Both the position numbers and the translations under genes were made by a program. From NCBI GenBank assembly GCA_963675755.2, contig CAXXMD010000002.1, positions 1,376,001 to 1,440,000 of the forward strand: a DNA stretch of 64,000 nucleotides. The letters run 5' to 3'. The notes under the pieces were generated by a model. It saw only the letters and a program-made list of their open reading frames with translations, was not told where the DNA came from and ran no database searches. The stretch is from a bacterium (GTDB lineage Bacteria; Zhuqueibacterota; Zhuqueibacteria; Residuimicrobiales; Krinioviventaceae). Positions 18,527 through 28,578 of this stretch are shown in pieces (the stretch's first letter is position 1; the number at the start of each line of letters is the position of its first letter).

Positions 18527-20674
18527 ATGAAAAATATTATAAAAAAAATAATCCTGACAGTTCTAATACCGGTAATGATTTACGCCCAAACATCCGGCAG
18601 TATTTCAGGGCATGTCACAGATAAAACGAACGGTGGGCCCCTGCCAGCAGTCAATCTGATGTTAATGGGTACGGTTTTAGGCACATCTACCGATGCGAAT
18701 GGCAATTTTGAGATGCAAAAAATCCCGCCCGGCACATATCAGATACGGGTCACCATGATGGGATACAAACGCATCGATCAGAAAAACGTTATTGTCAAAG
18801 CCAACCAGACGACATCAATCAACTTTGAACTTGAAGAAACTATTATCGAAACTCCCGAAGTACTCATTACAGCCAATAAACGCCGTCAAAGCATTCAGGA
18901 CGCCACCAATAGTGTTGGAGTTATGACAGCACGTGAAATGAAGCAAAAAAATGAAATCTATCTCGACAAGGTATTGGAAAATGTATCTGGTGTAAATTTC
19001 ATAGGTTCCCAGATCAATATTCGCGGGTCCTCGGGATACAATTACGGTGCCGGCAGCCGGGTTTTATTTTTGGTAGACGGTGTTCCGGTAATGCCCGGAG
19101 ACAGCGGAGATATAAAATGGGACCTTATACCGGTTACCCAGATCGAACAGGTAGAGATCATTAAAGGTGCAGGTTCCGCATTATATGGTGCAAGTGCAAT
19201 GGGTGGTGTTATCAATATTATCACTAAAAAAGGAACCGTAAAACCGGTCACCAATTTGCGCATGTCCAGTGGAATTTATGATCAACCCCGTTTCGAAGAA
19301 TGGAAATGGACGGACAGGACCTTACACTTTGACGATATCAACATTGATCACAGTCGCAGAATGGGCAAATCTGACGTATCCTTTTCTGTTGGACGTCAGC
19401 AAAGTACCGGCTATCGCCAAAACGGAGATTATCAACGCATTAACGCCTCTGCCAAAGTTCATACAATAATAAACGGACAGCATAATTTCACAATATCTTC
19501 AAATTTTGAAGGTGGAAAACGCGGTGCAGGGCTCATGTGGCGTAGTCAACGCCAGGCGCTTGAAGTCGCTCCTGAAGCTGTGGGTGACTTGATCCGTTCA
19601 GACAAATTTGGTCTTAATGCATTCCACAATTGGATAGCCAATAAGAATTTCAAATTAAAAACCCGTTTGTCATATTTTCAGAATTTCTGGAAAAACTATT
19701 TTCACGACAGCGATAACGCATCTACCTCAAAACGAACAGGTTTTGAAGTTCAGGGAGATTATCAGTTTAGTGATAACAATTCGATCACATTTGGTACTGA
19801 AGAATCATGGGACCATGTGAATTCCGGACTAGTTGGTGATCATGATCAATACGCAATTGCATTTTATGTTCAAAATGAACGCAATTTGCTTCCAACTGTG
19901 ATCCTGACGCTGGGACTTCGATACGATTATCAGGACGTTGATATAGGTTTTACCGATTCTGAACTCAGCCCTAAAATTGGTATGGTTTGGCATGCTCAGC
20001 CTTTTATTACATTTCGAGGATCATCCGGTAGAGGTTTCAGGGCAGCCAGCATGTCTGAACGTTTTTCAGATTCCATCTATTCGGGTATAAGGCTGGTTCC
20101 CAATGAAAGCCTGAAATCCGAAACAGCATGGTCGCACGAGCTTGCAATGAATTTACATCCCTCCCCCTTTATATTTATCGATATCGCCGGTTTCTGGAGC
20201 GACTATTGGGACCTGATAGAACCGGAACCGGATGAAACGCAAACAGTTCAATTTATCAATGTTACCCGGGCAAGAATCAAAGGTATTGAAACTCATGTCA
20301 AGTATATGCCCTGGTTTATCAAGGGATTAAACTTTGATATAGGTTATACATATATGGACCCACAGGACCTGGATATAAATGATGTTCTGGCTTATCGCTC
20401 AAGACATATCGTAAATACATCAATCCTTTGGCAGCTAGGCTTTATGGAAGCCGGACTGGATTACATATTTGTAGACAGGCTTGAGAATGTCAAAGTGTAC
20501 CCAAATGATGAGCGGGTATCTCAAAAAACCATGAACGCCAGACTGGGTTTTCGTTATGGTAGTTACTCTATATTCTTGAACGGAAACAATATATTGAACC
20601 ATAGTCACACTCAAATGGAAAGAACTTTATTACCGATAAGAAACTATGTAATTTCCGTATCTACAAGTTTTTAA
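18527..20674 (+). CDS. TonB-dependent receptor with N-terminal carboxypeptidase-regulatory-like domain
   Basis: Signal peptide; GTSTDANGNF domain; plug motifs INIRGS, LVDGVP and IEIIKGAGSALYG..AMGGVINIITK; terminal Phe. Confidence 0.92.
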   Translation: MKNIIKKIILTVLIPVMIYAQTSGSISGHVTDKTNGGPLPAVNLMLMGTVLGTSTDANGNFEMQKIPPGTYQIRVTMMGYKRIDQKNVIVKANQTTSINFELEETIIETPEVLITANKRRQSIQDATNSVGVMTAREMKQKNEIYLDKVLENVSGVNFIGSQINIRGSSGYNYGAGSRVLFLVDGVPVMPGDSGDIKWDLIPVTQIEQVEIIKGAGSALYGASAMGGVINIITKKGTVKPVTNLRMSSGIYDQPRFEEWKWTDRTLHFDDINIDHSRRMGKSDVSFSVGRQQSTGYRQNGDYQRINASAKVHTIINGQHNFTISSNFEGGKRGAGLMWRSQRQALEVAPEAVGDLIRSDKFGLNAFHNWIANKNFKLKTRLSYFQNFWKNYFHDSDNASTSKRTGFEVQGDYQFSDNNSITFGTEESWDHVNSGLVGDHDQYAIAFYVQNERNLLPTVILTLGLRYDYQDVDIGFTDSELSPKIGMVWHAQPFITFRGSSGRGFRAASMSERFSDSIYSGIRLVPNESLKSETAWSHELAMNLHPSPFIFIDIAGFWSDYWDLIEPEPDETQTVQFINVTRARIKGIETHVKYMPWFIKGLNFDIGYTYMDPQDLDINDVLAYRSRHIVNTSILWQLGFMEAGLDYIFVDRLENVKVYPNDERVSQKTMNARLGFRYGSYSIFLNGNNILNHSHTQMERTLLPIRNYVISVSTSF

Positions 20675-20685
20675 TTCATTTAATA

Positions 20686-20713
20686 TGAAACAAGTGAAAC
20701 ATTTTTTCGTATA
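20686..20713 (+). promoter_or_regulatory. putative ECF sigma (SigW-like) promoter
   Basis: TGAAAC (20686-20691)-16 bp-CGTATA (20708-20713), about 60 bp upstream of the peptidase operon. Confidence 0.55.
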
Positions 20714-20775
20714 AAACATCTTATACTCGGAGAAATCATAATTCCTATAAAGCTTTCATAAAGAAAGGAGCAATA

Positions 20776-22443
20776 ATGCGTAACCTATTAATTACAGGAG
20801 TAATCGTAGTGATGGGTTTAACTCTATTTGGTTGCAGTAATGGTGTACCGGGAAAAGCTGATACAGCCCTGGTTGAAAAAGAACTGGCTAAACTGGCACC
20901 GGTAGATCTTGAATGCGATTTATCATCTCTATCTCAAAACGACAAAAAAGCCCTGGCAAAGCTGGTTGAAGCTGCTAAAGTTATGGACCAGCTTTTTTTA
21001 ATCCAGGTATCACCCGAGAATCCTGAATTAAAAGCAGAACTGGTTAAAGATCCTTCTGCGCAAAAACATCTTGAACTGTTTAACATTATGTTTGGTCCCT
21101 GGAACAGACTGGTTGAAGATAAGCCCTTTATCGGTACCGAAGAAAAACCTGAAGGTGCTGGTTTTTATCCTGTGGATATGACCAAAGAAGAATTTGATGC
21201 AGCCGTTCAGGCAAACCCAGAATTAGCAGATGCGTTTAAAAGCGAATTCACAATTATTGAAAAACAAAATGGTGAATTGGTACCTGTCCCCTATCATCAA
21301 CATTACAAACAATTGGTAGACAAGGCAAGTGCACTGTTAAAAGAAGCGGCAGCGCTGACAGATGATGAAACTTTGAAAACATTCCTCAATCTTCGTGCAG
21401 ATGCATTACTGACTGATGATTATTTCAAAAGTGACATGGCCTGGATGGACCTTGCCGGTGATCTTGAAATTGTAATCGGTCCGTATGAAGTATATGAAGA
21501 CGGAATTTTTAATTACAAAGCAGCTTACGAAGCATTCCTGTGTATTGTGGATCATGATGAAAGCGAAAAGCTTGCTCATGTTGCCCAATATCTGAATGAT
21601 ATGGAAGCTTATTTACCAATCCCCAAAAAGTATAAAAACTTTGAGCGCGGTTCTTCATCACCCATCAAGGTTGTGCAGGAAGTTTTCTCCGCGGGCGATA
21701 CCAAAGCCGGCATTCAAACTACTGCTTTCAACCTGCCCAATGATGAACGCGTAAGAGAAGCCAAAGGCTCTAAAAAAGTGATGTTGAAAAACATTGCTCG
21801 CGCAAAATATGACAAATGCTGGATCCCCATTGCAAATACGATTATTGCACCGGAAGCTCTGGAAAATGTTTCTTTTGATGCCTATTTCAACCACGTTCTG
21901 ATGCACGAAGTAAGTCATGGTTTGGGTCCCGGCAACATTACCCTTGCAGATGGCACAGAAACCTCTGTAGGTAAAGAACTCAAAGAACTGTATTCTACTA
22001 TTGAAGAATGTAAAGCAGATATTTTGGGTGTGTATTTTGTAAAATTCATGATCGACAAGGGTGTATTCTCCAGCAATCTTGAAGACAGCATGTACGCTAC
22101 CTATCTGGGCGGAATGTTTAGATCTATCCGTTTTGGTATTGACGAAGCCCATGGTGGTGGTGTAGCTATTCAATTTAACTATATGATTGAACAAGGTGCA
22201 TTCTTTGTAGATACAAACGGGAAATTAAATGTTGATGAAACCAAGGTAATTCCTGCTATTAAAAAACTGGCTACCCGCATTCTGACACTCCAGGGTGAAG
22301 GCGATTATGATGCGGCAAAAGCTTTGATCGATGAATACCGTAAAGTTACTCCGCTTATGCAGCGCTTGATTGATGAATTAAAGGATGTACCGGTAGATAT
22401 ACGTCCGGCATATCCGGTATTGACTGAATTGGAAACAATGTAA
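20776..22443 (+). CDS. M49 dipeptidyl-peptidase III-like metallopeptidase, lipoprotein
   Basis: Lipobox LFGC; IGPYEVYED, AFNLPNDE, HEVSH and EECKAD motifs. Confidence 0.85.
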   Translation: MRNLLITGVIVVMGLTLFGCSNGVPGKADTALVEKELAKLAPVDLECDLSSLSQNDKKALAKLVEAAKVMDQLFLIQVSPENPELKAELVKDPSAQKHLELFNIMFGPWNRLVEDKPFIGTEEKPEGAGFYPVDMTKEEFDAAVQANPELADAFKSEFTIIEKQNGELVPVPYHQHYKQLVDKASALLKEAAALTDDETLKTFLNLRADALLTDDYFKSDMAWMDLAGDLEIVIGPYEVYEDGIFNYKAAYEAFLCIVDHDESEKLAHVAQYLNDMEAYLPIPKKYKNFERGSSSPIKVVQEVFSAGDTKAGIQTTAFNLPNDERVREAKGSKKVMLKNIARAKYDKCWIPIANTIIAPEALENVSFDAYFNHVLMHEVSHGLGPGNITLADGTETSVGKELKELYSTIEECKADILGVYFVKFMIDKGVFSSNLEDSMYATYLGGMFRSIRFGIDEAHGGGVAIQFNYMIEQGAFFVDTNGKLNVDETKVIPAIKKLATRILTLQGEGDYDAAKALIDEYRKVTPLMQRLIDELKDVPVDIRPAYPVLTELETM

Positions 22444-22460
22444 GAAGGAAAGGGACAGAT

Positions 22461-24347
22461 ATGAAAAAAATCATAGGGGTTCTTATGATCGCGATATCAA
22501 TGCTGTTTACTACAGCAACGGAAAACAAAGCCCAAACACGTGAACGTTCTGAAATTGAAGATAGTTACAAGTGGCAATTGGAAGACATGTACGCATCAGT
22601 TGCGGATTGGAATAAAACCAAAGATGAGTTAGCTCAGGAAATTGATGTTCTGGCCGCTAAAAAAGGAACTTTGGCAAATTCTGCCAAAGACCTTGCTGAC
22701 GCGTTAAAATTGTCTACCGACATTACCAAAGAGTTTTACAAACTCTATAGCTATGCCAGTATGAGTTATGATGAAGATACCGGTAATTCAGAAACCATGG
22801 CTTTGCGTCAGCAAATGCAGCAGCTGGGAACCCAGTTTGGCGCAAAAACATCATGGATTGAACCTGAAATTCTGTCAATGGATCCTGAAAAAGTCAAAAG
22901 TTTTATTGACTCTGATAAAGGACTAGAGACTTATAAATTCTATCTGAATGACTTGTTGCGTCGTCAAAAACATACGCTTTCTGAAAAAGAAGAAACCATT
23001 CTGGCACAATCTTCAATGATGGCTTCAACCCCGAACGATATTTATGGTGTATTCAGCAACTCTGAATTGCCATATCCAGAAGTTACATTGAGCGATGGTA
23101 CAACCGTTACACTGAATAAATCCAATTATTCACTGTACCGTGCATCAACAAATCGTAAAGATCGTGAAAAGGTATTTGATGCTTTTTTTGGCGCATTGTC
23201 AAAATTTAAAAATACATTTGGCACACAATTATATGGTGAAGTTAAAACCAATTTGTTCTATGCCCGTACTCGTGGATATAATTCCAGTCTGGAACGTGCA
23301 TTGGACGCAAACAATATTCCCACTGATGTTTACCTGAAACTCATTGAGAATGTAAACAACAATCTGGATTCATTTCACAGATACCTCAAACTGAAACAAC
23401 GTATGCTGGGTGTTGATACCCTGAAATATTGTGATATCTATGCACCGGTTGTTGAAGGGTTGGATCTTAATTTTGATTACAACCAGGCACAGGATATGGT
23501 TTTGGCATCTCTTGAACCCCTGGGTGATGAATACAAGAATGTTGTACGTAAAGCGTTTGATGAACGCTGGATCGATGTTTATCCCACCCCCGGAAAACGT
23601 TCAGGTGCATACTCTAATGGTTCAGCTTATGACATACATCCCTACATTTTACTCAACTATAACGGTAAATATGATGATGTTAGCACCCTGATCCATGAAC
23701 TGGGTCATACCATGCACAGCTATTATTCAAATCACGCACAACCTTTTGAAACATCAGATTATTCAATCTTTGTTGCTGAAGTCGCTTCTACTTTTAACGA
23801 AGCACTGTTGATTCATGATCAGCTTGAAAAGATCAAAGACGACAAAGTTAGATTGACCTTGTTGATGAACTATCTTGACGGCCTCAAAGGTACTGTTTTC
23901 CGTCAGGCACAGTTTGCTGAATTTGAATTAAAAATCCATGAAGCCGTTGAAAACAATCAACCCCTGACAGGTGACACATTGACCAAAATGTACGCGGATA
24001 TTGTACGCAGATATTACGGACATGATAAAGGTGTTTGTATTGTTGATGACGCATGGACATCTGAATGGGCTTATATCCCCCATTTCTATTACAATTTCTA
24101 TGTATATCAGTACTCTACATCTTTTACTGCATCCACAGCATTGTCTGAAAAAGTTATCAATGGTGAAAAAGGTGCGGTTGAAAAATACCTGAAATTCATT
24201 TCTTCCGGTGGCAGCGATTATCCCATCAATCAGCTCAAAGATGCGGGTGTAGACATGACCACATCCGATCCTTTTAACAAGACCATGGAAAAAATGAACA
24301 AAGTAATTGATGAGATTGAAGACATTTTGGCTAAAAATGTATTATAG
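22461..24347 (+). CDS. pepF: oligoendopeptidase F (M3B) with signal peptide
   Basis: WIDVYP..GKRSGAYS, HPYILLNY, HELGH, FVAEVAS and IPHFYYNFYVYQY motifs. Confidence 0.93.
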   Translation: MKKIIGVLMIAISMLFTTATENKAQTRERSEIEDSYKWQLEDMYASVADWNKTKDELAQEIDVLAAKKGTLANSAKDLADALKLSTDITKEFYKLYSYASMSYDEDTGNSETMALRQQMQQLGTQFGAKTSWIEPEILSMDPEKVKSFIDSDKGLETYKFYLNDLLRRQKHTLSEKEETILAQSSMMASTPNDIYGVFSNSELPYPEVTLSDGTTVTLNKSNYSLYRASTNRKDREKVFDAFFGALSKFKNTFGTQLYGEVKTNLFYARTRGYNSSLERALDANNIPTDVYLKLIENVNNNLDSFHRYLKLKQRMLGVDTLKYCDIYAPVVEGLDLNFDYNQAQDMVLASLEPLGDEYKNVVRKAFDERWIDVYPTPGKRSGAYSNGSAYDIHPYILLNYNGKYDDVSTLIHELGHTMHSYYSNHAQPFETSDYSIFVAEVASTFNEALLIHDQLEKIKDDKVRLTLLMNYLDGLKGTVFRQAQFAEFELKIHEAVENNQPLTGDTLTKMYADIVRRYYGHDKGVCIVDDAWTSEWAYIPHFYYNFYVYQYSTSFTASTALSEKVINGEKGAVEKYLKFISSGGSDYPINQLKDAGVDMTTSDPFNKTMEKMNKVIDEIEDILAKNVL

Positions 24348-24352
24348 ATAAC

Positions 24353-24390
24353 AATAAAGCCGGTTCATTCAGAACCGGCTTTATTTATTT
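24353..24390. terminator. probable bidirectional terminator between convergent pepF and methyltransferase genes
   Basis: 13-bp stem AATAAAGCCGGTT/AACCGGCTTTATT with A/T-rich flanks; overlaps the methyltransferase stop. Confidence 0.65.
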
Positions 24391-25522
24391 TCCGTGTACC
24401 CGAGTACAATTCATATTCCAACAAACGACATTCAATAGGCCCATTATAAAAGATCTTTTTGCTTTTTGTTTTGAGACCTACTTTTTTCCCCAGTTCCAGA
24501 TTCCCGGTAAAAACATATCCCATATAACCGTTACAGCTCTGTTTGAAAAAGTCGCCAATTCCCTGGTAAACGGGTTCCAGGCGTCGTTCTTCATTTAAAC
24601 GCACACCATATTCCGGATTGAGTACAACAATACCTTCATCACCCGGGACCTTGGTTTCACTGTAATCACAGACATCAAAAGTGAGTAAACGATGCACACC
24701 GGCAGTTTCGGCATTTCTTTGCGCTGCAAATATAGCATCTTTAGAAATATCAGTGGCAATAATGGGAACATCCACTCCTTTTGATTGTTTTCTGCATGCA
24801 AGCCGTACCTCTTTATAGATGTTTGCATCATACGGTTTCAAATGCATAAATCCAAAATTAGTACGCAACAATCCGGGGGCCTTGTCGGCTGCAATCAAAG
24901 CCGCTTCAATGGCAAGGGTTCCGCTCCCACACATGGGATTAACAAACGCGCTTTCCCCCTTCCATCCTGTTGAAAGAATAAGGGCAGCTGCCAGACATTC
25001 CTGCATGGGTGCCTTGTAGGGCATTTTACGGTATCCGCGTTTTGCCAGCGGTTCTCCGGACGTATCCAAATAGATAGCGCCTTCATTTTCCCGCCAGTAT
25101 AAAAACAGAACAGCTTTACTGCGGTCAGGACCAGAATCCGGGCGTCGGCCAAATTTTTCCTGCATGCGGTCTACTACTGCATCTTTGCATTTAAGATTGG
25201 CAAAACGTGTATCTCGTATATTTTTATTGCTCACCGATGATGTGATGCTGAAATATCCATGTTCAGATAAATAGTCTTCCCAGGGAACCTGTCTCACGTG
25301 TTTATACATGTCATCAGGAGTACGTGCATTGAAATCTTTTAAATGGTACAAGACACGTAAGCCTGTTCGTAAATGAAAATTTAATTTTATCGTATCATTG
25401 AATGAACCCTCAGTGAATACACCCAGTTGCTTTTCATCCAGCACCGGAAACCCAAGTTCTTTTAATTCTTCTGCCAGAATACCTGAAATTCCTTTGGCAC
25501 ATGTTACCAATATTTTTGCCAT
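24365..25522 (-). CDS. THUMP-domain class I SAM-dependent RNA methyltransferase (RlmL/YpsC-like)
   Basis: LDTSGEPLAKRGYR, APMQECLAAA, NPMCGSGT and LNPEYG motifs. Confidence 0.9.
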   Translation of the reverse strand: MAKILVTCAKGISGILAEELKELGFPVLDEKQLGVFTEGSFNDTIKLNFHLRTGLRVLYHLKDFNARTPDDMYKHVRQVPWEDYLSEHGYFSITSSVSNKNIRDTRFANLKCKDAVVDRMQEKFGRRPDSGPDRSKAVLFLYWRENEGAIYLDTSGEPLAKRGYRKMPYKAPMQECLAAALILSTGWKGESAFVNPMCGSGTLAIEAALIAADKAPGLLRTNFGFMHLKPYDANIYKEVRLACRKQSKGVDVPIIATDISKDAIFAAQRNAETAGVHRLLTFDVCDYSETKVPGDEGIVVLNPEYGVRLNEERRLEPVYQGIGDFFKQSCNGYMGYVFTGNLELGKKVGLKTKSKKIFYNGPIECRLLEYELYSGTRKINKAGSE

Positions 25523-25608
25523 ATTGTTTACAATTTCCTGTTTTATAAATTACGAATATGAATATACTCTTTTTATGTCAATTAATCACGGATTAATTAA
25601 GAATACAT

Positions 25609-25633
25609 AAAAAAAGCCCGGTATATACCGGGC
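25609..25633 (-). terminator. intrinsic terminator closing the polysaccharide locus
   Basis: Perfect palindrome GCCCGGTATATACCGGGC (25616-25633) followed by a U7 tract on the minus strand. Confidence 0.75.
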
Positions 25634-25670
25634 CAATTCGAATAATTTTAGAACAATAAATTTTTAGTAT

Positions 25671-27131
25671 TTATTGTATTTCAACAACTATCCGCTGATA
25701 TCTTGTCAGTTGTGGAGTACCCAAATCTTTTACCTCGCAGACAACATGAATGGTTTCACCTCTGGCTGCATCTTTAGGTATAATAAAGGATGCCTGTACT
25801 TGTTCGGCATTTTGGATATCAATAATTCCATTATAGGTATCTGCTTCTTTATATTGCCACCATTGATATGTGAGATCATTTCCATCAGGATCGGTTGTTC
25901 CCGTGGCGTTTAATTTCACCAACTCACCCGGCTTAGCCTGTAGATCATTTTGATGTGCCAGCTTGACGATTGGTGGATGATTGGCCTCATCATACGAATT
26001 TACGCACCAGTCGGCACGGGCAGCAAAATCATTTTGAAACGCATCGGACCATCTCCAAATGGGTTTGAAATATTCAATCATTTGCTCAGTATTTTCCGGG
26101 TAAATCTCTCGCATATACTTTCTTCCCCAAGCTGTAGATGTATACCAGCGCCCCGACGGATATTCATATCCCTGAACCGGCACCGGATCAAGCCAGGTAT
26201 TTTCACGTACTTTAATATATCGTCCACCCCATCCACCAAAAGCTGGTGATTCCATATTTTGTAATCCGGTATTAATTATATGTATAAACGCTGGCGAATC
26301 ACCTTCTGACCTGAAATCTCCTTCACTAAAATTCGTATCTCCTGAAAGGCCATGGCTGCCAGGAACATGGGCCTTGTAAAGAGAACATAATGCACCATGA
26401 TTGTTAAGAATATTTGATTTCATCCAATCACTTTTGAAATAATCTTGTTTATTCTTTGGCAAGATTTTATTCCACTGATAAGCAATTGCCCAGAATTGAT
26501 CACTTATAATTGTTAAAGGACTAAATTGATTCCAATGCGGGCGTATGTATGCCTGATAGGTAGAGTCCTGCTCCCAGATAAAAAAGAATCGCAATTTTTT
26601 GGCAACCTCTGCCATTCGTTCGGGATGTTCATACTCTATAGTTTTGAGTGCGCGTGCTATAGTATTTGTGCCGCCCCATGCCTGTAGCCAGACCGGACGG
26701 TCATTTGTTTCATCCAGCAGTACTCGAACAATAAGCTGTGAACCGTCTGTCACTTGCTCCATTTCACCTTCGGTTTCAACATTTCCCAAAGCAACACGCG
26801 ATTGCAGATATTCCGGAGAGGGATATTCAGGATCATGTTTCACCAAGTTCGGATAAACCCGAGTGTACGCTTCCAGATAGGGATCGATCCAATCGTCCCC
26901 TGCCCAGTTGTGTTTATGCGAATGATATTGTGAACTCGTAGTAACAATTCCTTCAATGTCCCATTCATTTGCATAAAGTAGAAAACGCACCATGGAACAC
27001 TCGTCATCAATCTCACCATCACTTGTTACGATTACACGTGGTTTATCATAACCTGCGGTATTTTCTCCTAACAAGGGGTCAACAGTAAAGATCAAACAAA
27101 CCAGAGATATTATTTTAATAATATTTTTCAT
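25671..27131 (-). CDS. DUF1593 (Sde182 nucleoside-hydrolase-like) secreted protein, copy 1
   Basis: PRVIVTSDGEIDD..SMVRFLLYANE, WGGTNT, EGDSP, GGWGGRY and QNDFAARADW motifs, then an ANHPP Ig-like C-terminus ending LTRYQR. Confidence 0.85.
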   Translation of the reverse strand: MKNIIKIISLVCLIFTVDPLLGENTAGYDKPRVIVTSDGEIDDECSMVRFLLYANEWDIEGIVTTSSQYHSHKHNWAGDDWIDPYLEAYTRVYPNLVKHDPEYPSPEYLQSRVALGNVETEGEMEQVTDGSQLIVRVLLDETNDRPVWLQAWGGTNTIARALKTIEYEHPERMAEVAKKLRFFFIWEQDSTYQAYIRPHWNQFSPLTIISDQFWAIAYQWNKILPKNKQDYFKSDWMKSNILNNHGALCSLYKAHVPGSHGLSGDTNFSEGDFRSEGDSPAFIHIINTGLQNMESPAFGGWGGRYIKVRENTWLDPVPVQGYEYPSGRWYTSTAWGRKYMREIYPENTEQMIEYFKPIWRWSDAFQNDFAARADWCVNSYDEANHPPIVKLAHQNDLQAKPGELVKLNATGTTDPDGNDLTYQWWQYKEADTYNGIIDIQNAEQVQASFIIPKDAARGETIHVVCEVKDLGTPQLTRYQRIVVEIQ

Positions 27132-28534
27132 TACATTCTTTCTATTATATTATTCAAGTATTTTTCCAACATGGTATAACCGTCTTTAGCTATAATATTT
27201 CTATCGTTGCGATCGTCTTTATTCAGATTATTCTCAACTTCCCAATCATCAGGCATTCCATCATTATCAGAATCTGTGTGAGCAGTAGCACTGTTAAGGA
27301 TTGGCCAGCCACCGACATCTTTTTGTGTATCAATAATTCCACATATTTTTGATGAATCTGCAACCTTGTGTTCTTTCTTGTAAGAATGGCCTTCGTATGT
27401 TGCTGTTCCTTGACGAGTCTCTTTTATGATCCGGGTGTCAACAGCATCTCTTTTGGGCAGGATTGCACCTGCATTGTCAAGCACAGAATCATAGGCTTCT
27501 TTTGCAGTTTGTTGATGAATCGGCATGGCTGGCCAGGGGTCTTCAAGCTTGATTTTATTAAAGGACATTTTAGTCTGCACGCCTCCATCCCAATTATTGG
27601 TTGAAACAGCTTTATTGCCCTCAATAACATTATCAGCAATATACCATTTGCCACAATCTGTGTCACTTCTAAAGGACGGATTGGCAATTCGATATGAAAC
27701 ATTACCCGTTTGTGTTGCGGGCCCGGGTTTATAATAATTTGCTATAATATTGAAATTTGAAAAGTTGAATTTATCATTCCCGTTCTGAATCTTTTCCCCA
27801 CCATAAAGACTTTGATATCCCCAGTTATATACTACATTATTTCTATAATCCGTATTACCGGAACCGGAAGCCATTCGAGGATTCCGACTCGAGTGGTGAG
27901 CTAATAAATTATGATGATACGTACCATAATTACTTCCCCAAATCCCACCAAAACCATGTGATCCTTTTACATGGTTGGATTTGCTCATACTTTCAGAAAT
28001 AATACTCCATTGAACCGTTATACTATCACAATGATAAATTGACATGCATTCATCAACACTCCAGCTTGCCGAGATATGGTCGAGGATTATGTGTTTAGTA
28101 TATCTGCTTGATATGGCATCATAATCATTTCCTGATTCATCTCCCAATCTTACCCGAAGGTATCTGATGATGACATGATCCGCATCAATACTAATGGGAT
28201 GCCTTTTGATACAAATACCATCACCCGGGGCTGTTTGGCCTGCTATGGTAATATACGAGTTCTTGATTTTCAAAGGACTTTCAAGATCTATCGTACCAGA
28301 CACCTCAAAAACAACCGTCCGTGGACCGGATGCCTCAATCGCAGCTCTTAAACTTCCTTTACCACTATCGTTCAAATTGGTAACTTTGAAAACAACGCCA
28401 CCCCGGCCACCTTTGGCATATTTTCCATACCCTTCTGCTCCGGGAAAAGCGAGCTGCTGAGAGTATAGGTATCCATACATGATAAAAACTACAAACAATA
28501 CTATTGATTTTTCTATATTTAAATACTTCATCAT
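27131..28534 (-). CDS. pectate lyase family 1 (PL1) protein
   Basis: AFPGAEGYG..AKGGRGG, VTNLNDSG.GSLR, IAGQTAPG, DHISASWSVDE, SRNPR and DSDNDGMPDDWE motifs. Confidence 0.9.
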   Translation of the reverse strand: MMKYLNIEKSIVLFVVFIMYGYLYSQQLAFPGAEGYGKYAKGGRGGVVFKVTNLNDSGKGSLRAAIEASGPRTVVFEVSGTIDLESPLKIKNSYITIAGQTAPGDGICIKRHPISIDADHVIIRYLRVRLGDESGNDYDAISSRYTKHIILDHISASWSVDECMSIYHCDSITVQWSIISESMSKSNHVKGSHGFGGIWGSNYGTYHHNLLAHHSSRNPRMASGSGNTDYRNNVVYNWGYQSLYGGEKIQNGNDKFNFSNFNIIANYYKPGPATQTGNVSYRIANPSFRSDTDCGKWYIADNVIEGNKAVSTNNWDGGVQTKMSFNKIKLEDPWPAMPIHQQTAKEAYDSVLDNAGAILPKRDAVDTRIIKETRQGTATYEGHSYKKEHKVADSSKICGIIDTQKDVGGWPILNSATAHTDSDNDGMPDDWEVENNLNKDDRNDRNIIAKDGYTMLEKYLNNIIERM

Positions 28535-28578
28535 TACACCTCTTGATTACAAATTTGATCTCTTAAAATTGAGATCAA

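Noticed and set aside
21658-22194. 178-aa minus-strand ORF
   Set aside because: Antisense to the M49 peptidase gene.
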